Below are positions 39,793 through 50,401 of a DNA stretch of 64,000 nucleotides, one piece after another. This stretch comes from Bdellovibrionales bacterium. Its GTDB lineage: Bacteria > Bdellovibrionota > Bdellovibrionia > Bdellovibrionales > UBA1609. The DNA lies in NCBI GenBank assembly GCA_027317865.1, contig DAHVQG010000004.1:32001-96000 (forward strand), given 5' to 3'. Position 1 is the first letter of the stretch. Each line of letters starts with the position of its first letter. The position numbers and the translations under genes were made by a program. The notes under the pieces are model-generated. The model was not told the origin of the DNA. It saw only the letters and a list, made by a program, of their open reading frames with translations, and searched no databases.

Positions 39793-40878
39793 TCAGGGTT
39801 CAAAGCAAAACCAGCCACCGACGGGGAAATGGTCGGTGGCACCACTTCCGGTTACCGGGTCAAAAGCAAGCGGTTTGCCACTTGGCGAAATAAACTCGTG
39901 GTGCCGAAGCGGCCCAAAGCTCCCTTGCTGCAAATATTTTAAAAAGTTTTGCGAAACAATGATCTGATCAAAGACTTCCCAACGCTTGCCGGCTTCAAAA
40001 AAACAGGTGGCCCGCTCTTTGAGTAAGCTTTCGGCATAATCATCTATTGTTTGCTTGTTTGCGCCTGGGTGTGCGGCCTTAAAATCGGCCATCCGTTTTT
40101 TCAAATTGAATGACTCTTCCTCTAAGTTACGCAATTTCTCAGTCATGCTTAATCCAAGACCGGCTTTCATTTCCGGGCTGTCGGGTTCCGCATTGAAATC
40201 ACCCATAATGATAATATTCGCAATCGGATTTCGTGACAAAATTTGATCGGTGACTTTTTTTAAAAACCGCGCCGCTTGAAACCGCTGCAACGCCGACCAG
40301 TCACCCAGTTTTTTACTTGGCCAATGGTTTACAAAGACAATCAGCTCTTCATCGTTTGGTAACCTTAAATGATATTCGACGATGGGTCTGGTCAAAAGAC
40401 CGCCTGAAAATTCTTTGCGCCCAAACCGCTTACGTTGCCGCCATAACGGATCGTCTTCGCTCCAATAGATATGCGCAACGGGCCCCTTAAGCATTGGAAA
40501 CCGTGAAATTAGCCCCAAGTTATTGCCGCGATCGTCCGCCTGAGGAGCAACGCCGTGACTGGCAAGACCCGATTTTTTCATCAAAGGATGCCGTACAAGT
40601 TGTGTCAAAAAATCACCGTCAACTTCGACGACTGCCAATAAATCGGGCCCTTTGTTGTCGTTCATTGAAGAAACCAATTTGGCTACCGCTTCAACTTTTT
40701 TTATTTCACTCTGTTTGTTCGGAAGAAATTTCTTATCGTGAATCAATTTAAACGCGTTCATCGTCGCTAGAAGATGCCCGCAAGAATAATTTGCGGATTT
40801 CTGCCGAGTCACCCCAATCGCATATGCGGGAACAAAAAAAATCGCACCCGCAAGCAGCAGGCGTTTCAACTTAGTCAT
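39793..40878 (-). CDS. Exported endonuclease/exonuclease/phosphatase (EEP) family protein
   Basis: Signal peptide; LAVVEV, VNHWPSK, MGDFN, FDQIIVS, TDHFPV catalytic motifs; ATG 40878 overlaps the upstream stop. Confidence 0.88.
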   Translation of the reverse strand: MTKLKRLLLAGAIFFVPAYAIGVTRQKSANYSCGHLLATMNAFKLIHDKKFLPNKQSEIKKVEAVAKLVSSMNDNKGPDLLAVVEVDGDFLTQLVRHPLMKKSGLASHGVAPQADDRGNNLGLISRFPMLKGPVAHIYWSEDDPLWRQRKRFGRKEFSGGLLTRPIVEYHLRLPNDEELIVFVNHWPSKKLGDWSALQRFQAARFLKKVTDQILSRNPIANIIIMGDFNAEPDSPEMKAGLGLSMTEKLRNLEEESFNLKKRMADFKAAHPGANKQTIDDYAESLLKERATCFFEAGKRWEVFDQIIVSQNFLKYLQQGSFGPLRHHEFISPSGKPLAFDPVTGSGATDHFPVGGWFCFEP

Positions 40879-42379
40879 CGTAACCCGAAAGCAAATCATC
40901 GCAATTCAGCTCCAACTGAGCCGACATTTTTTCAAATAATTTACGCTCACCGCTATTTAACGAATTAAAAAGATATCGCCGCCCCAACGGGCTGGAGTCA
41001 ACCGCCCGCAAAAGGTTTTTAAAAAAATCACGATTATTCAGTAGCGATTGACCCTTAAATTTTTCACCTCGAAATATTCCGATCAATCGCTTGAAATTAT
41101 ATTCAGTGGCGGTGCCCCTTTCGGCCATCCCCAATAGATCCTTAAATAAATCAAGCGCTGTCATCGGGGGATAAAGGCTTTTTGAAATTCGTTTTTTCGC
41201 GACCTGCATATATATCGCCATCGAATCAGTTGAATAATCTTTACTTGAAGATGACGTTTCGTCCTTATTACGCCAGTGCGGCACTTCGCCCCAACCATCC
41301 GAAAAAGAGGAAAATAGTGTTCGCCTTTCTTTAAACAGATCGGGAGCGGGAACTTGATCTTTAGGTATAAAAGTCAACGATTCGGTTCGTTTAAGTGGAA
41401 ATTCATACCCAAGTTCCAGCGCCGCTTTCTTAACTAAATCGATAAAGGTTGGGTCTCTCACAATTTTCATCACGTCGAACATTTCGCCGAGAATAGTTTC
41501 ATGCGCGGATGGCACATCTGCCCCCGGCGTTGTGCTTACTCGGCCATCCGCCGTGCGATGAAACGGACCAAACATTTCATGCCATCCGGTGGTATATGTG
41601 AGCGATGACGTTACCTTAGGCAAATAAAACGGATGAACCGGGCCTTCGGTCGTTATGTGACTGCGCTCCGATTCTTTCAATTGTTCAATATTAAGCGATG
41701 GCCTAATCACGTTGCTTTCAGTGCCGCCGCTCATGCCTATGCCAACGAAATTAACGCGATCGTAAAGCTTCTTTAAATCGCCTCCTTGAAGCGAATAACT
41801 TTGGTAAGCGGCGCGAATCAACTGACGCGATTGACTCGTTGAACGCCAACTCGTTACATCAAAGACGACAAACGGATAATCGTCGTTCATCTTTTCGAAA
41901 CTCAGCCCATTGCTACGTAAAAAATCAAACAAAAGCTCTCTGTCGTTTTGTGACGACTCTGTTGTCGCATTATAATAGTGTGGAAAACTCGGCCCGCTGG
42001 CATCCAGGCGCCTCACGCGGTTCTGTTGACCGATTGATTGATAGAAACCATCAAGCAAATCGGTCAGAAGCGCAACGTCGCGCCCAAGTCCAAGATATGT
42101 CGCACCCGGAAAAGCTCTTTCCATTGACGCAATGATGATTGCCGCATTTTGCGGTGAAAGCGAAACACCGTTATAAAACGGATTTATTGACGGCCATGTA
42201 TTGATTCCATATTTTGCGTCCATCGCAGATACAAACTCGTTTACAGTCGGACGGTTTCTTTGCTCTAAAAGCATTTGAATTGAATCGGCCGACCTCACGT
42301 TCATGCCGGCGGCCCGGCGGCCGTTGAAAACGCCAACTGTAAAAACGCAAATAAACGCCAAGCTTATCCAATACTTCAT
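40871..42379 (-). CDS. Exported PRTase-like 'GRD' family protein, paralog 3
   Basis: Signal-like N-terminus; FPGATYLGLGRD, SIGQQNRVRRL, PFVVFD, LGYEFPLKR shared with 48785 and 53594; C-terminal NCDDLL. Confidence 0.6.
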   Translation of the reverse strand: MKYWISLAFICVFTVGVFNGRRAAGMNVRSADSIQMLLEQRNRPTVNEFVSAMDAKYGINTWPSINPFYNGVSLSPQNAAIIIASMERAFPGATYLGLGRDVALLTDLLDGFYQSIGQQNRVRRLDASGPSFPHYYNATTESSQNDRELLFDFLRSNGLSFEKMNDDYPFVVFDVTSWRSTSQSRQLIRAAYQSYSLQGGDLKKLYDRVNFVGIGMSGGTESNVIRPSLNIEQLKESERSHITTEGPVHPFYLPKVTSSLTYTTGWHEMFGPFHRTADGRVSTTPGADVPSAHETILGEMFDVMKIVRDPTFIDLVKKAALELGYEFPLKRTESLTFIPKDQVPAPDLFKERRTLFSSFSDGWGEVPHWRNKDETSSSSKDYSTDSMAIYMQVAKKRISKSLYPPMTALDLFKDLLGMAERGTATEYNFKRLIGIFRGEKFKGQSLLNNRDFFKNLLRAVDSSPLGRRYLFNSLNSGERKLFEKMSAQLELNCDDLLSGYDD

Positions 42380-44442
42380 ATACCTTCCAAATTCTCGTGA
42401 TCAATAAGCAAATCAGCGCAACTGTGATTTTCAAAAATATTTTTGTATTGTTTGTATAGCGTCTTCCGCGCATCGGGCTGCAATCGTTCGATAGCTTGCC
42501 GGAGTTGCTCGCGGTTAGGATGCAATTCCAAAAACTTTGCAAATGAAACTGCCACAAAATCCGACATACGCCGTTCATACTTCGGCGTCGGATCTTCTTG
42601 GTCGAACTGTATAAGCCTTACATATTCGCTTGGAGTACGGACATAAGCCCTCATGACCTTTTTCATGTATTCAATAAACGGGGGACCGTGGCGCACCAGC
42701 GTTTTCAGTTCGTTCAATTGGTCAAAGCCGGGATGGCTCGCCATGATTAAATCCAAATTGTCTACCACAATTTGGGCAATCTGAGGTTTATTGAGCGTTC
42801 GGACAACCATCATATTTTTCACATATGAAATAAATGTCTCAGGTGAAGTAAGCGCTTGGCTCCATTCGTAATTTGCCACAAGAGGTATCAGAAGCGCCGA
42901 ATACTTTTCTTTTCGTAAATCATTTTCATCATTGTCGAGATAGTCCTTAATATTCAAATATTCGCTTTCGTTTAACGTAGTGAAAAGATTGTACCGGCGA
43001 ATTACGTAGTCGATAAAATCCGGATCTGCATTCCGAGCAATCAGCGCCGTTAAATTTTCTCGCGAAATATTCAAAGTTTCTGGAATGAGACTTAAACTAT
43101 TCCGGTTATACACGCTGATGATTCCCGGCATAAGCACGCTAAAATCTTTATTTTGAACCGAACGGGGATTAACCTCAAAACCAACCCAAATTTCGCCCGG
43201 TTTTCGAACAGGCGTCTCAGATAAAATAATACCGGGAGGACCCCGCATTGGATTCGTTTTTTGGTCGGGCAGCAACAAGTTAGGAGCGTTGAGTTTACCC
43301 ATACGAAGACGCTCGAATGTTTCAAAGTCATAAATTTTCATATAGGCCGTTTTTATTCCAAGTTCGCCCGCTGTCGCACCCTGTACGCCGCCCAAAGAAA
43401 ACGCCGGCAATGGCTTTTGCTCCATTAACCATGCAAGCGAATCCGTATCACTGCGCGACCCAAACGTAGAAAGGTCTTTGCGCACACCCATTCTGTTTAA
43501 ATCAGCCCATGCGGCGTTTACGTCTAAGGCGTTGTTGATAAGCTTATTTGCGTTTTTTTCGATCCAGCGCAAAGCTCCGTGATATTGCGGATCTGTCTTA
43601 ATTTTTGAAAATGGTGCCGTTCGCAAGATCCTTTCAACAACTTTGAGGCTATTGCGATCGGGTTTAAGGCCATACTCAAATACTTTTATTAAAAACCTCA
43701 ATGCACTGATGACAACAGGATTGCCGGACGAAGATCGCGAAGTGGAATGATGAAGGCCGGTATTAAAATAGGTGATTTCTCCACGGGCGACGTCGTGAAA
43801 AAACAATCCTTCATCGCGGCGGAATTTTCTCAAATCTTGAATTCGTGATCGCTCACCCGTTGGGTCAGTAATCTCAATAAGGCCTGTGGATCCCGAGTCT
43901 GTATTTTGATTCTTAAAATCTTCATTGTTTAAAATGTCCGCCTTGAAACCGATGGAATACTGGAGCGGGCGCACTTCCCAAACCGAAATAGTTTTACCAC
44001 CCGTTGTCTTTTTGTAGGGGAATTTCATCTCAAGGTCATGCTGAAGTTCTTCCGCATATTGAGGTTTCGCGTCAACCACAATATCGATGTCCTGATTAAA
44101 ATGAAATATATTGACGATGCTAAAATCCAGCCGATCAGCGGAGAAGTCCCGCGAACCGAGTTCATATTGTTCCGCCCAACGGCAATAAACGGCAAAGGCC
44201 TCCGCCGCTCCACCAAAAAGATAAGCCCGTATGCCTCTTTTTTCCGCCCATTCCTTTATAAATTGAAACTCTTTTACACGGTCCAAATCAGTCTGGATTA
44301 GCTTTTCAAACTCGAGATACGATCCGTTTTGCCTCGAAATGGAAAGCATTTCGGGGGGATTTTCGTTCGCCGACGCGAACGAAGGCCCGCATATAAGTAC
44401 AAGTGCGAAAACTGGCAAAAGAAATAGATTTAAAACCTTCAT
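42376..44442 (-). CDS. Exported nucleotidyltransferase-like protein (CCA/poly(A) polymerase-like head)
   Basis: Signal peptide ...FASA; AYLFGGAA, QDIDIVVD, DFKNQNTDS, SALRFL; C-terminal SCADLL. Confidence 0.6.
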   Translation of the reverse strand: MKVLNLFLLPVFALVLICGPSFASANENPPEMLSISRQNGSYLEFEKLIQTDLDRVKEFQFIKEWAEKRGIRAYLFGGAAEAFAVYCRWAEQYELGSRDFSADRLDFSIVNIFHFNQDIDIVVDAKPQYAEELQHDLEMKFPYKKTTGGKTISVWEVRPLQYSIGFKADILNNEDFKNQNTDSGSTGLIEITDPTGERSRIQDLRKFRRDEGLFFHDVARGEITYFNTGLHHSTSRSSSGNPVVISALRFLIKVFEYGLKPDRNSLKVVERILRTAPFSKIKTDPQYHGALRWIEKNANKLINNALDVNAAWADLNRMGVRKDLSTFGSRSDTDSLAWLMEQKPLPAFSLGGVQGATAGELGIKTAYMKIYDFETFERLRMGKLNAPNLLLPDQKTNPMRGPPGIILSETPVRKPGEIWVGFEVNPRSVQNKDFSVLMPGIISVYNRNSLSLIPETLNISRENLTALIARNADPDFIDYVIRRYNLFTTLNESEYLNIKDYLDNDENDLRKEKYSALLIPLVANYEWSQALTSPETFISYVKNMMVVRTLNKPQIAQIVVDNLDLIMASHPGFDQLNELKTLVRHGPPFIEYMKKVMRAYVRTPSEYVRLIQFDQEDPTPKYERRMSDFVAVSFAKFLELHPNREQLRQAIERLQPDARKTLYKQYKNIFENHSCADLLIDHENLEGI

Positions 44443-44459
44443 CCTTTAATTCGCAACCT

Positions 44460-47400
44460 TCATTCCTCTTTTGTGTTTGCGCTAACGGGTTGACGTATCA
44501 TTTTCGATAATAGAGTTGCGCACGAAACCGGCTTTGCGTTTTTTGCGCGCGCCTGCCAATCTTCGTACGTCCGAACCGGCTGTTGTGCGCTCTTTAATTT
44601 TTCTTCAATTTTGTGTTCAAGATCCTGAGCTCGCGATTCGCTTATGTCCCCTTTACGCATCAGCTCGGCGACTATCGCGCGAACAAGCGGCCATTTTTCT
44701 TTAAGAACGGCGATCGCAATTTCATGAGCGCGCGAAATCATTTGGCTTTGCTTTTGTTCAAACAATTGCCTTTGTCGCGAAGTTGCAAGAATTGGATTGC
44801 CTTTTTTATCGACTTGAACTCCTACAAGGTCGGTATCCATTCCCCATGTGGTGAGATATTCGGTTGTTACATATCTCATCGATTTCAAATCGTTTTGCCA
44901 TCCAATGTCGGCAGGTAAGCCCGCAAGCTCTTGAGCCACTCGACCGCCCCAAGCTTTAACAAGAAATGCCATCGTCTTATCGTAGTTGAAATTCGTATCC
45001 GCCCCGGGGATCGGCTTGTAATGCGCGTAGCCTTTTGCCGTTATCATTTTGCCGGTGAAATCTTTGAGGCGAGAATAGCGGATCGTAATATAATTCAAGA
45101 TCTCATTGGTTAATTCGGGATCATTTAAAACCGCGTGGCCAGCTTCATGGTAAGCCACTGTCTCAGCGTGTTTACCTAGCGGAATTTCGACTTCGGGCGC
45201 GAATTCCGTAAAGTCTTTTTGTATATAATCGAGTTTTTTACCATCCTTGTACACTTCAACGCCGACTAGAACCTTACGCGGCTCCGATTTTTTCTGGCGG
45301 TACGGTTTATTCGTCAAATTATCTTGAACATCGAGTTTGAATACATACGAAGACAAATCGTGCCCGATGTCGCCAGTCTTCATCAGTGCGGCTCCAAGAA
45401 GCGCACCCAGCCGGTTATCAAGCGCATTTCGAACCGATCGGCCACCTGTATCCGGGGTAAAAAATGCTCGGGTAAAATTCTCAACAAATTTAGGGCCGTA
45501 TTCAACAATCAGGCCCACGTGCTGTTCTTGCAGTCTGCGAATTTGATTTTTAAGTTCCTTTTCTGTGACACCTTTCATTTCGGTGGAAAGAAGCGGTTTC
45601 GCCAGTATGACGTCGGCTAGGCGCCCGAGAAACGCTTCGGGAATCCCATTTTTCACAAGATTCGCGCGAATGATCTCTTTCTTATTATTTTCGTTGTACG
45701 CATCCATTCTCAATTTATCGGTACTGAGACTCGTGAAGAATTCCTGCAAATCGTTGCCGGTGAATTCAAAAATATGATTTCGAAGATCGTATGTTCGGCC
45801 TGTTGCTGTCGACGTCCATTTGCCTTCGTCTAAAATTTCGTAGAAGTATTGCTTAAGCAGCTCTTCTTTGCGTTTGATGTCACCCCCGCCCATGTTAGAA
45901 AATTCATCGAAAACAATCACCCCGCCGTTTGGAGTGTTCATGAGCGCTCGCTCGAATTTTCCGATTTTGTGAGAGTCGACGTACCCGGCCGGTGAATTGA
46001 ATACGTCGTTCAAACGGCCCTCGAAATTAACATTGCCGAGTGGAATGACTTCAACTCGATCGGGTGAACCAAAAAGCGCCTCCGCAATTGCGCGGCCCAA
46101 TTCCGTCTTACCGACGCCCGTTGGGCCCACAATGGCAAACGATACGGCGGTTTTTCGACCCACGTCCGCATATTTCGACAATACGGCATCCGCTGCGCTT
46201 CGAACCGCTTCGTCTTGCCCGATAATCCGCGTCTTCATTCGTTCGGGCATCGATTGGATTTTTTCTAAAATTTCTTTGTCTTGAAGAGGATTAAAAAATT
46301 TCTGCTCGGGAGCGGCAACATCCAGGCTCTCGCTGTTGGTCCCATTTGTTACGCTCAATTTCACATCGGATGAGTTTTCGTTTTTGACTAAACCGATTTT
46401 AACTGTCCCATCCCGAGGGATATCCCAGTGGGCGCGTGCCTCGCGAATGGCAACTTTAAGATACGAATCGACCTGTTTGGCAACTTGCCGGTAGCCGTCC
46501 GTAACCGAAAATCCGGTCAGCGCTAAATGTTCAACCACAGCCGGCGAGACGTCGAGATGGAGATGATATTCAAACTCCATTTCGTTTTGCAATTTTTCAG
46601 TTTCACGGCGGGCAACCTCAATCGCGCCTTCTCGTGAACCCGGGTTGGCAATCGCCCACTCGTCGATTCGGCCCAAAACTTCCGGAGGTAATTGAAATTT
46701 GTCTTCGCCATCCGTCTTTTCGCGAAACAGTGCCGCGACGTCTTTTGATTTAAAACCTGCAAGTCGGCGATCGATTTCAGCCTGACTCCACATCGTAATA
46801 TTGTCCGGAAAAACGAGCTTCGCTCCCCGATTACTCGTGAGGATAACGATGTGACGGTTTGCCCGGCGAACTTTGCCATCGCCGCATGTAATTTCACCTT
46901 TATCAAAAAACTCCATTAACCGCTTCCACACATCAGGATGCATTTTTTCGGCTTCATTAATTACGATCACGCCGCCCATCTTGCCGCGAGAGGGGTCATC
47001 AAGGTATTCGCACAAAATACCGGACCTCTTATCTGAAGTTACCGTGCCGTTCGGTGAACCCACCAAAGTATTCACCGACAAGTCGCCGGTCTGATAGGTA
47101 TTGCCGTCTATAATGAGCGCTCTTCTTTTTGAACCGAATACTTTTTCAGCCAACGTTTCGGCAATTAAAGTCTTGCCGGTACCGGTAGTCCCGATAATCG
47201 CCATGACTTGCGGGCGCCTCGGGGTTCCGATTAATAAATTACCGACGCGTTCGACAAGCTTGTGAACCAAAGATTTCTGTTCAACAACAACGGAATCGAT
47301 CTCTTTTTCTTTCTCAGCTAAATATTCTTGAAAAGCCTTACCGTCGTGAGGGTTCGCCGGCAGCCCCGTGATCTCTTTTGCGTAATCGTAGATTTCGCTA

Positions 47401-48812
47401 TCGGTAATTTTGGCTGGTGCCCCGTCGTTCAGTCTGTGTACGTGAATGGCGAGACCTTGCAAAACTTTAAACGGACCGTCCGGGCGTGCCGTATCCGGTT
47501 GCAACAGCGGCGCGACTTTAACCGCAGCTTCGATCGCGTCGTCAGTGAATTCCACATTATACTTCTTTTCGATAACGGGAACCCAACTTGCCTTCAAAAT
47601 CCTAATCGTCGTTGCTTCATCGAACTCAGTAAGACCGATTTGTTCCACACGGCGAAGAAGCGCTTCATTATCTTTGAATTTATTCTGAAACTTATCCGAA
47701 TTACTTGCGCCCAAAATGGTAATGCCGCGATCTCTGGCATCCATGTAAGGCAATAACGCTTCAATCTGCGCCTCGTTAAACGTGTGAAATTCATCCACGA
47801 ATACGATGATTGGCTTACGTTCGCCGTTGTGATCCTGAGCATATGATTGCTCATAAAAAAGAACCGCGTCAAAAAATTGTTCTACCGCTTCGGCCATCGA
47901 ATTCGGATCATTCGATTTTGCAAGCCGCGAGATCCTTGCGGGCGTAACTTGAATCATCTCCGCATTATCAAATGCCTCATTAAAAACTTCGGTATCCGGG
48001 TATAAATGTTCCACCAAGATTTGGGCTACGCGTTCGGCGGCCGCAGTTTTACCCACTCCGGGTATACCGATAAAAACCGGATTTTTGCCTTTTATCCGCA
48101 CAAGAGTGTCAAGCGCTCGCTCAGCTTCTTTGTCACGCCCCAGTGTTTCGACGAACGAGCCGTTTTCAATGCTCTTTTTCACTTCGTCGGTCATAAAATT
48201 AGTAGTCGCGGTCAGTATGATCTTCGCCGCGGCCATTTTTTCTTCACCTTCCGCTCCGGTGGAATCGCGCAAAAGTTGATCTTTAAACGACTGACCGTCT
48301 TGCGCACTTGCCGTTTGTTCCACCGGTAACGGTGTCGGATTCGAGCGAATGCGCTCTCGAATTTCTAAAAACAAGTCGTCCAATTTATTTTTAGTTTGAG
48401 CGTTGAACGCCGTAGACGCGCGAAATTTTTCGTAAATCTTGTTGAATTGTTCAACTTCAGCGACACTCCCCATCGATCCGATACCGTTAAGATACTCTGA
48501 AATGTGAAAAGAGTTCGGTTTAGGTTTCGCTACCTCGATCTTTAGTTTCGCCATTAGAAAATTTAAAACCATGCGATACGGAAAATCTTTCAGCGACGAA
48601 ATTAATTTGGATGTTTCGACGGGATCACGGCTCGTATCGACGGCTTTCATTTTGCCGATCATGAGATTATATTCTTTTTCAGACGGCGTTCGGCCCGACT
48701 TATTTAAAGACTGTGCAAATCCGCAAGCGCCGAAAAAAATTCCGGCCACAAGCGCGAAAGCGACTAAAATCTCACTTTTTGAATCTAAGATTCGTTTATA
48801 ACTTCGGCGCAT
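44460..48812 (-). CDS. Exported triple-AAA+ (ClpA/B-like) ATPase fused to FtsH-type M41 peptidase
   Basis: Walker A GIPGVGKT, GTTGTGKT, GPTGVGKT; Walker B VFVDE, VINE, VFDE; IIGQDEAV; AYHEAGH...GGRVAQEL...NDL; RBS AAGGGG upstream of the ATG. Confidence 0.85.
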   Translation of the reverse strand: MRRSYKRILDSKSEILVAFALVAGIFFGACGFAQSLNKSGRTPSEKEYNLMIGKMKAVDTSRDPVETSKLISSLKDFPYRMVLNFLMAKLKIEVAKPKPNSFHISEYLNGIGSMGSVAEVEQFNKIYEKFRASTAFNAQTKNKLDDLFLEIRERIRSNPTPLPVEQTASAQDGQSFKDQLLRDSTGAEGEEKMAAAKIILTATTNFMTDEVKKSIENGSFVETLGRDKEAERALDTLVRIKGKNPVFIGIPGVGKTAAAERVAQILVEHLYPDTEVFNEAFDNAEMIQVTPARISRLAKSNDPNSMAEAVEQFFDAVLFYEQSYAQDHNGERKPIIVFVDEFHTFNEAQIEALLPYMDARDRGITILGASNSDKFQNKFKDNEALLRRVEQIGLTEFDEATTIRILKASWVPVIEKKYNVEFTDDAIEAAVKVAPLLQPDTARPDGPFKVLQGLAIHVHRLNDGAPAKITDSEIYDYAKEITGLPANPHDGKAFQEYLAEKEKEIDSVVVEQKSLVHKLVERVGNLLIGTPRRPQVMAIIGTTGTGKTLIAETLAEKVFGSKRRALIIDGNTYQTGDLSVNTLVGSPNGTVTSDKRSGILCEYLDDPSRGKMGGVIVINEAEKMHPDVWKRLMEFFDKGEITCGDGKVRRANRHIVILTSNRGAKLVFPDNITMWSQAEIDRRLAGFKSKDVAALFREKTDGEDKFQLPPEVLGRIDEWAIANPGSREGAIEVARRETEKLQNEMEFEYHLHLDVSPAVVEHLALTGFSVTDGYRQVAKQVDSYLKVAIREARAHWDIPRDGTVKIGLVKNENSSDVKLSVTNGTNSESLDVAAPEQKFFNPLQDKEILEKIQSMPERMKTRIIGQDEAVRSAADAVLSKYADVGRKTAVSFAIVGPTGVGKTELGRAIAEALFGSPDRVEVIPLGNVNFEGRLNDVFNSPAGYVDSHKIGKFERALMNTPNGGVIVFDEFSNMGGGDIKRKEELLKQYFYEILDEGKWTSTATGRTYDLRNHIFEFTGNDLQEFFTSLSTDKLRMDAYNENNKKEIIRANLVKNGIPEAFLGRLADVILAKPLLSTEMKGVTEKELKNQIRRLQEQHVGLIVEYGPKFVENFTRAFFTPDTGGRSVRNALDNRLGALLGAALMKTGDIGHDLSSYVFKLDVQDNLTNKPYRQKKSEPRKVLVGVEVYKDGKKLDYIQKDFTEFAPEVEIPLGKHAETVAYHEAGHAVLNDPELTNEILNYITIRYSRLKDFTGKMITAKGYAHYKPIPGADTNFNYDKTMAFLVKAWGGRVAQELAGLPADIGWQNDLKSMRYVTTEYLTTWGMDTDLVGVQVDKKGNPILATSRQRQLFEQKQSQMISRAHEIAIAVLKEKWPLVRAIVAELMRKGDISESRAQDLEHKIEEKLKSAQQPVRTYEDWQARAKNAKPVSCATLLSKMIRQPVSANTKEE

Positions 48813-50401
48813 GATTCCCCTTTTAGGTTTTGCTTAACCCTTTCAAATAACCTTATTTTTTTCAGCGTCCAGTAGAGCGTCTTTTTCTGGTCGATCTCGT
48901 AAATTTTTTTCTTCAAGTTCGGAACCGTTCTAAAAAGTTTTGCGTATGCTTCGAGAAACGACGACGTAATTTTAAAGTCGCTACTAAGGGCGGCAATCAC
49001 CATGTCGGCCACATCGGCTTGAGTGGCCCACGCGCTCGAATAAGCATTGGATAGGTAATTTAAAAAGCGCGGCATTATTGCGCTAAGCTTGCTCACTGAA
49101 CTGTGTCGTGCCCGTATATGTTGCCAGGTACTCTGAAGGTAATTGAAATTGACGCCGTTTTGTCCCGCCCCATTGCTTTGTGCAACTTGCATAGCGGTTT
49201 CGTTCACAGCTCGCGCTTTAGGCGTGAAATTTGAAAAATCAAACCCGGGAGCGTTCGCCTTTTTCACCATATCGTCATTGTGTTGCAAATCCTGCCTGAT
49301 GATATCGGTGAGGTTCGTCGCGGCAGATGACGGCTCACTCGCCTCAGGTGACGGTCTTTTAAGTGGGAATTCATAACCAAGCTTTTTAGCAGCCTCGTAA
49401 ACTTGATGGTGAAATGTCTCAGAGTTGACTGCGTTCCAAATTTCTTTTTGCATCCATAATATATTTTCGTGCGTTCTCAGATCCGTAATATTTCCGGGAG
49501 TTGCCTTTAACTTTCCGTCTATTGAAACAATCGGCCCGAATGACTCTGTCCACGCCCCGGAAAAATGCTCGTATCCAGCCTCGTTCGATTTGTCTTGGTT
49601 TTCTGAAAAGCCCGTAAGTTTGAACTCGTCCCCGAAATTATGGGGCCGATCTCCGGTCAGGCTAAACTGGATTTCAAGATCACGCGATACGCTCTTGATC
49701 GCTGAAGACGGTACTGGAGCTGATCTAAACGTGCTCACAAACAACGCAAACATGTTTAGCTTTTTAATTAGATCCGCCGGTTTGCCTTTAAGATCATTGG
49801 CGTAATGGGAATACAAGGCGTTCAAAAACATTCGCCCTTGCTGTCCGCCTCCGGTTGAAACGGTATCGACAAACACGTACGGTTCGCGACGTTTGATATC
49901 CTTGAAACTAAAACCGTGTTCCAAAACAAAATGAACCAATGTTTGCGGAGTAACGCCGTTGAAACTGGCCTTGCTTACCATCAACCGCACAACCCGGTTT
50001 TGTTGCCCAATCGAGAGGTAAAATCCTTCGAGCATGTCCGCAATTGCCTGCGAATCGCGGCCGATAAATGCCCATGTCGCACCCGGAAATGTTTTTTCCA
50101 TCGCCGCGATCAGAGTTGGCCCATGCTTAAGCATCACTTTAACCCAATGCTCAGGCTGGTAAACGTGCGCATTTTTGACCTGAATAACGCTCGGTACATC
50201 TTCAAATTCAGGCAACTGGTTTAAAAAAGGTACTGATTCAGCCATCGTCGGGCGCGACGGCATTTCAAGCAGTCGAACAATATCCGGAGGAATATTCACG
50301 GCCCAACTGTTGTCTTGTTGCTGTCCTCGCGAAGTCGCGGACACCGAAACCGTCAGCAAAAAAGTAAAACTATAAATTAAAACTTGTGACGCAATTCTCA
50401 T
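48785..50401 (-). CDS. Exported PRTase-like 'GRD' family protein, paralog 2
   Basis: Signal peptide ...SVSA; FPGATWAFIGRDS, YVFVDTVSTGGG (PRPP-loop-like), LGYEFPLKR; C-terminal SCAEVI. Confidence 0.62.
   Translation of the reverse strand: MRIASQVLIYSFTFLLTVSVSATSRGQQQDNSWAVNIPPDIVRLLEMPSRPTMAESVPFLNQLPEFEDVPSVIQVKNAHVYQPEHWVKVMLKHGPTLIAAMEKTFPGATWAFIGRDSQAIADMLEGFYLSIGQQNRVVRLMVSKASFNGVTPQTLVHFVLEHGFSFKDIKRREPYVFVDTVSTGGGQQGRMFLNALYSHYANDLKGKPADLIKKLNMFALFVSTFRSAPVPSSAIKSVSRDLEIQFSLTGDRPHNFGDEFKLTGFSENQDKSNEAGYEHFSGAWTESFGPIVSIDGKLKATPGNITDLRTHENILWMQKEIWNAVNSETFHHQVYEAAKKLGYEFPLKRPSPEASEPSSAATNLTDIIRQDLQHNDDMVKKANAPGFDFSNFTPKARAVNETAMQVAQSNGAGQNGVNFNYLQSTWQHIRARHSSVSKLSAIMPRFLNYLSNAYSSAWATQADVADMVIAALSSDFKITSSFLEAYAKLFRTVPNLKKKIYEIDQKKTLYWTLKKIRLFERVKQNLKGESCAEVINES

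Noticed and set aside
40770-40790. cccgcaagaat resembling the tRNA 3' segment (possible att site)
   Set aside because: Short, gapped and inside a CDS; chance match, and no integrase is present.
44460-48812. T6SS ClpV or housekeeping ClpB/FtsH
   Set aside because: No T6SS genes nearby, no Clp N-domain or M-domain recognised, three AAA modules and a fused M41 domain.
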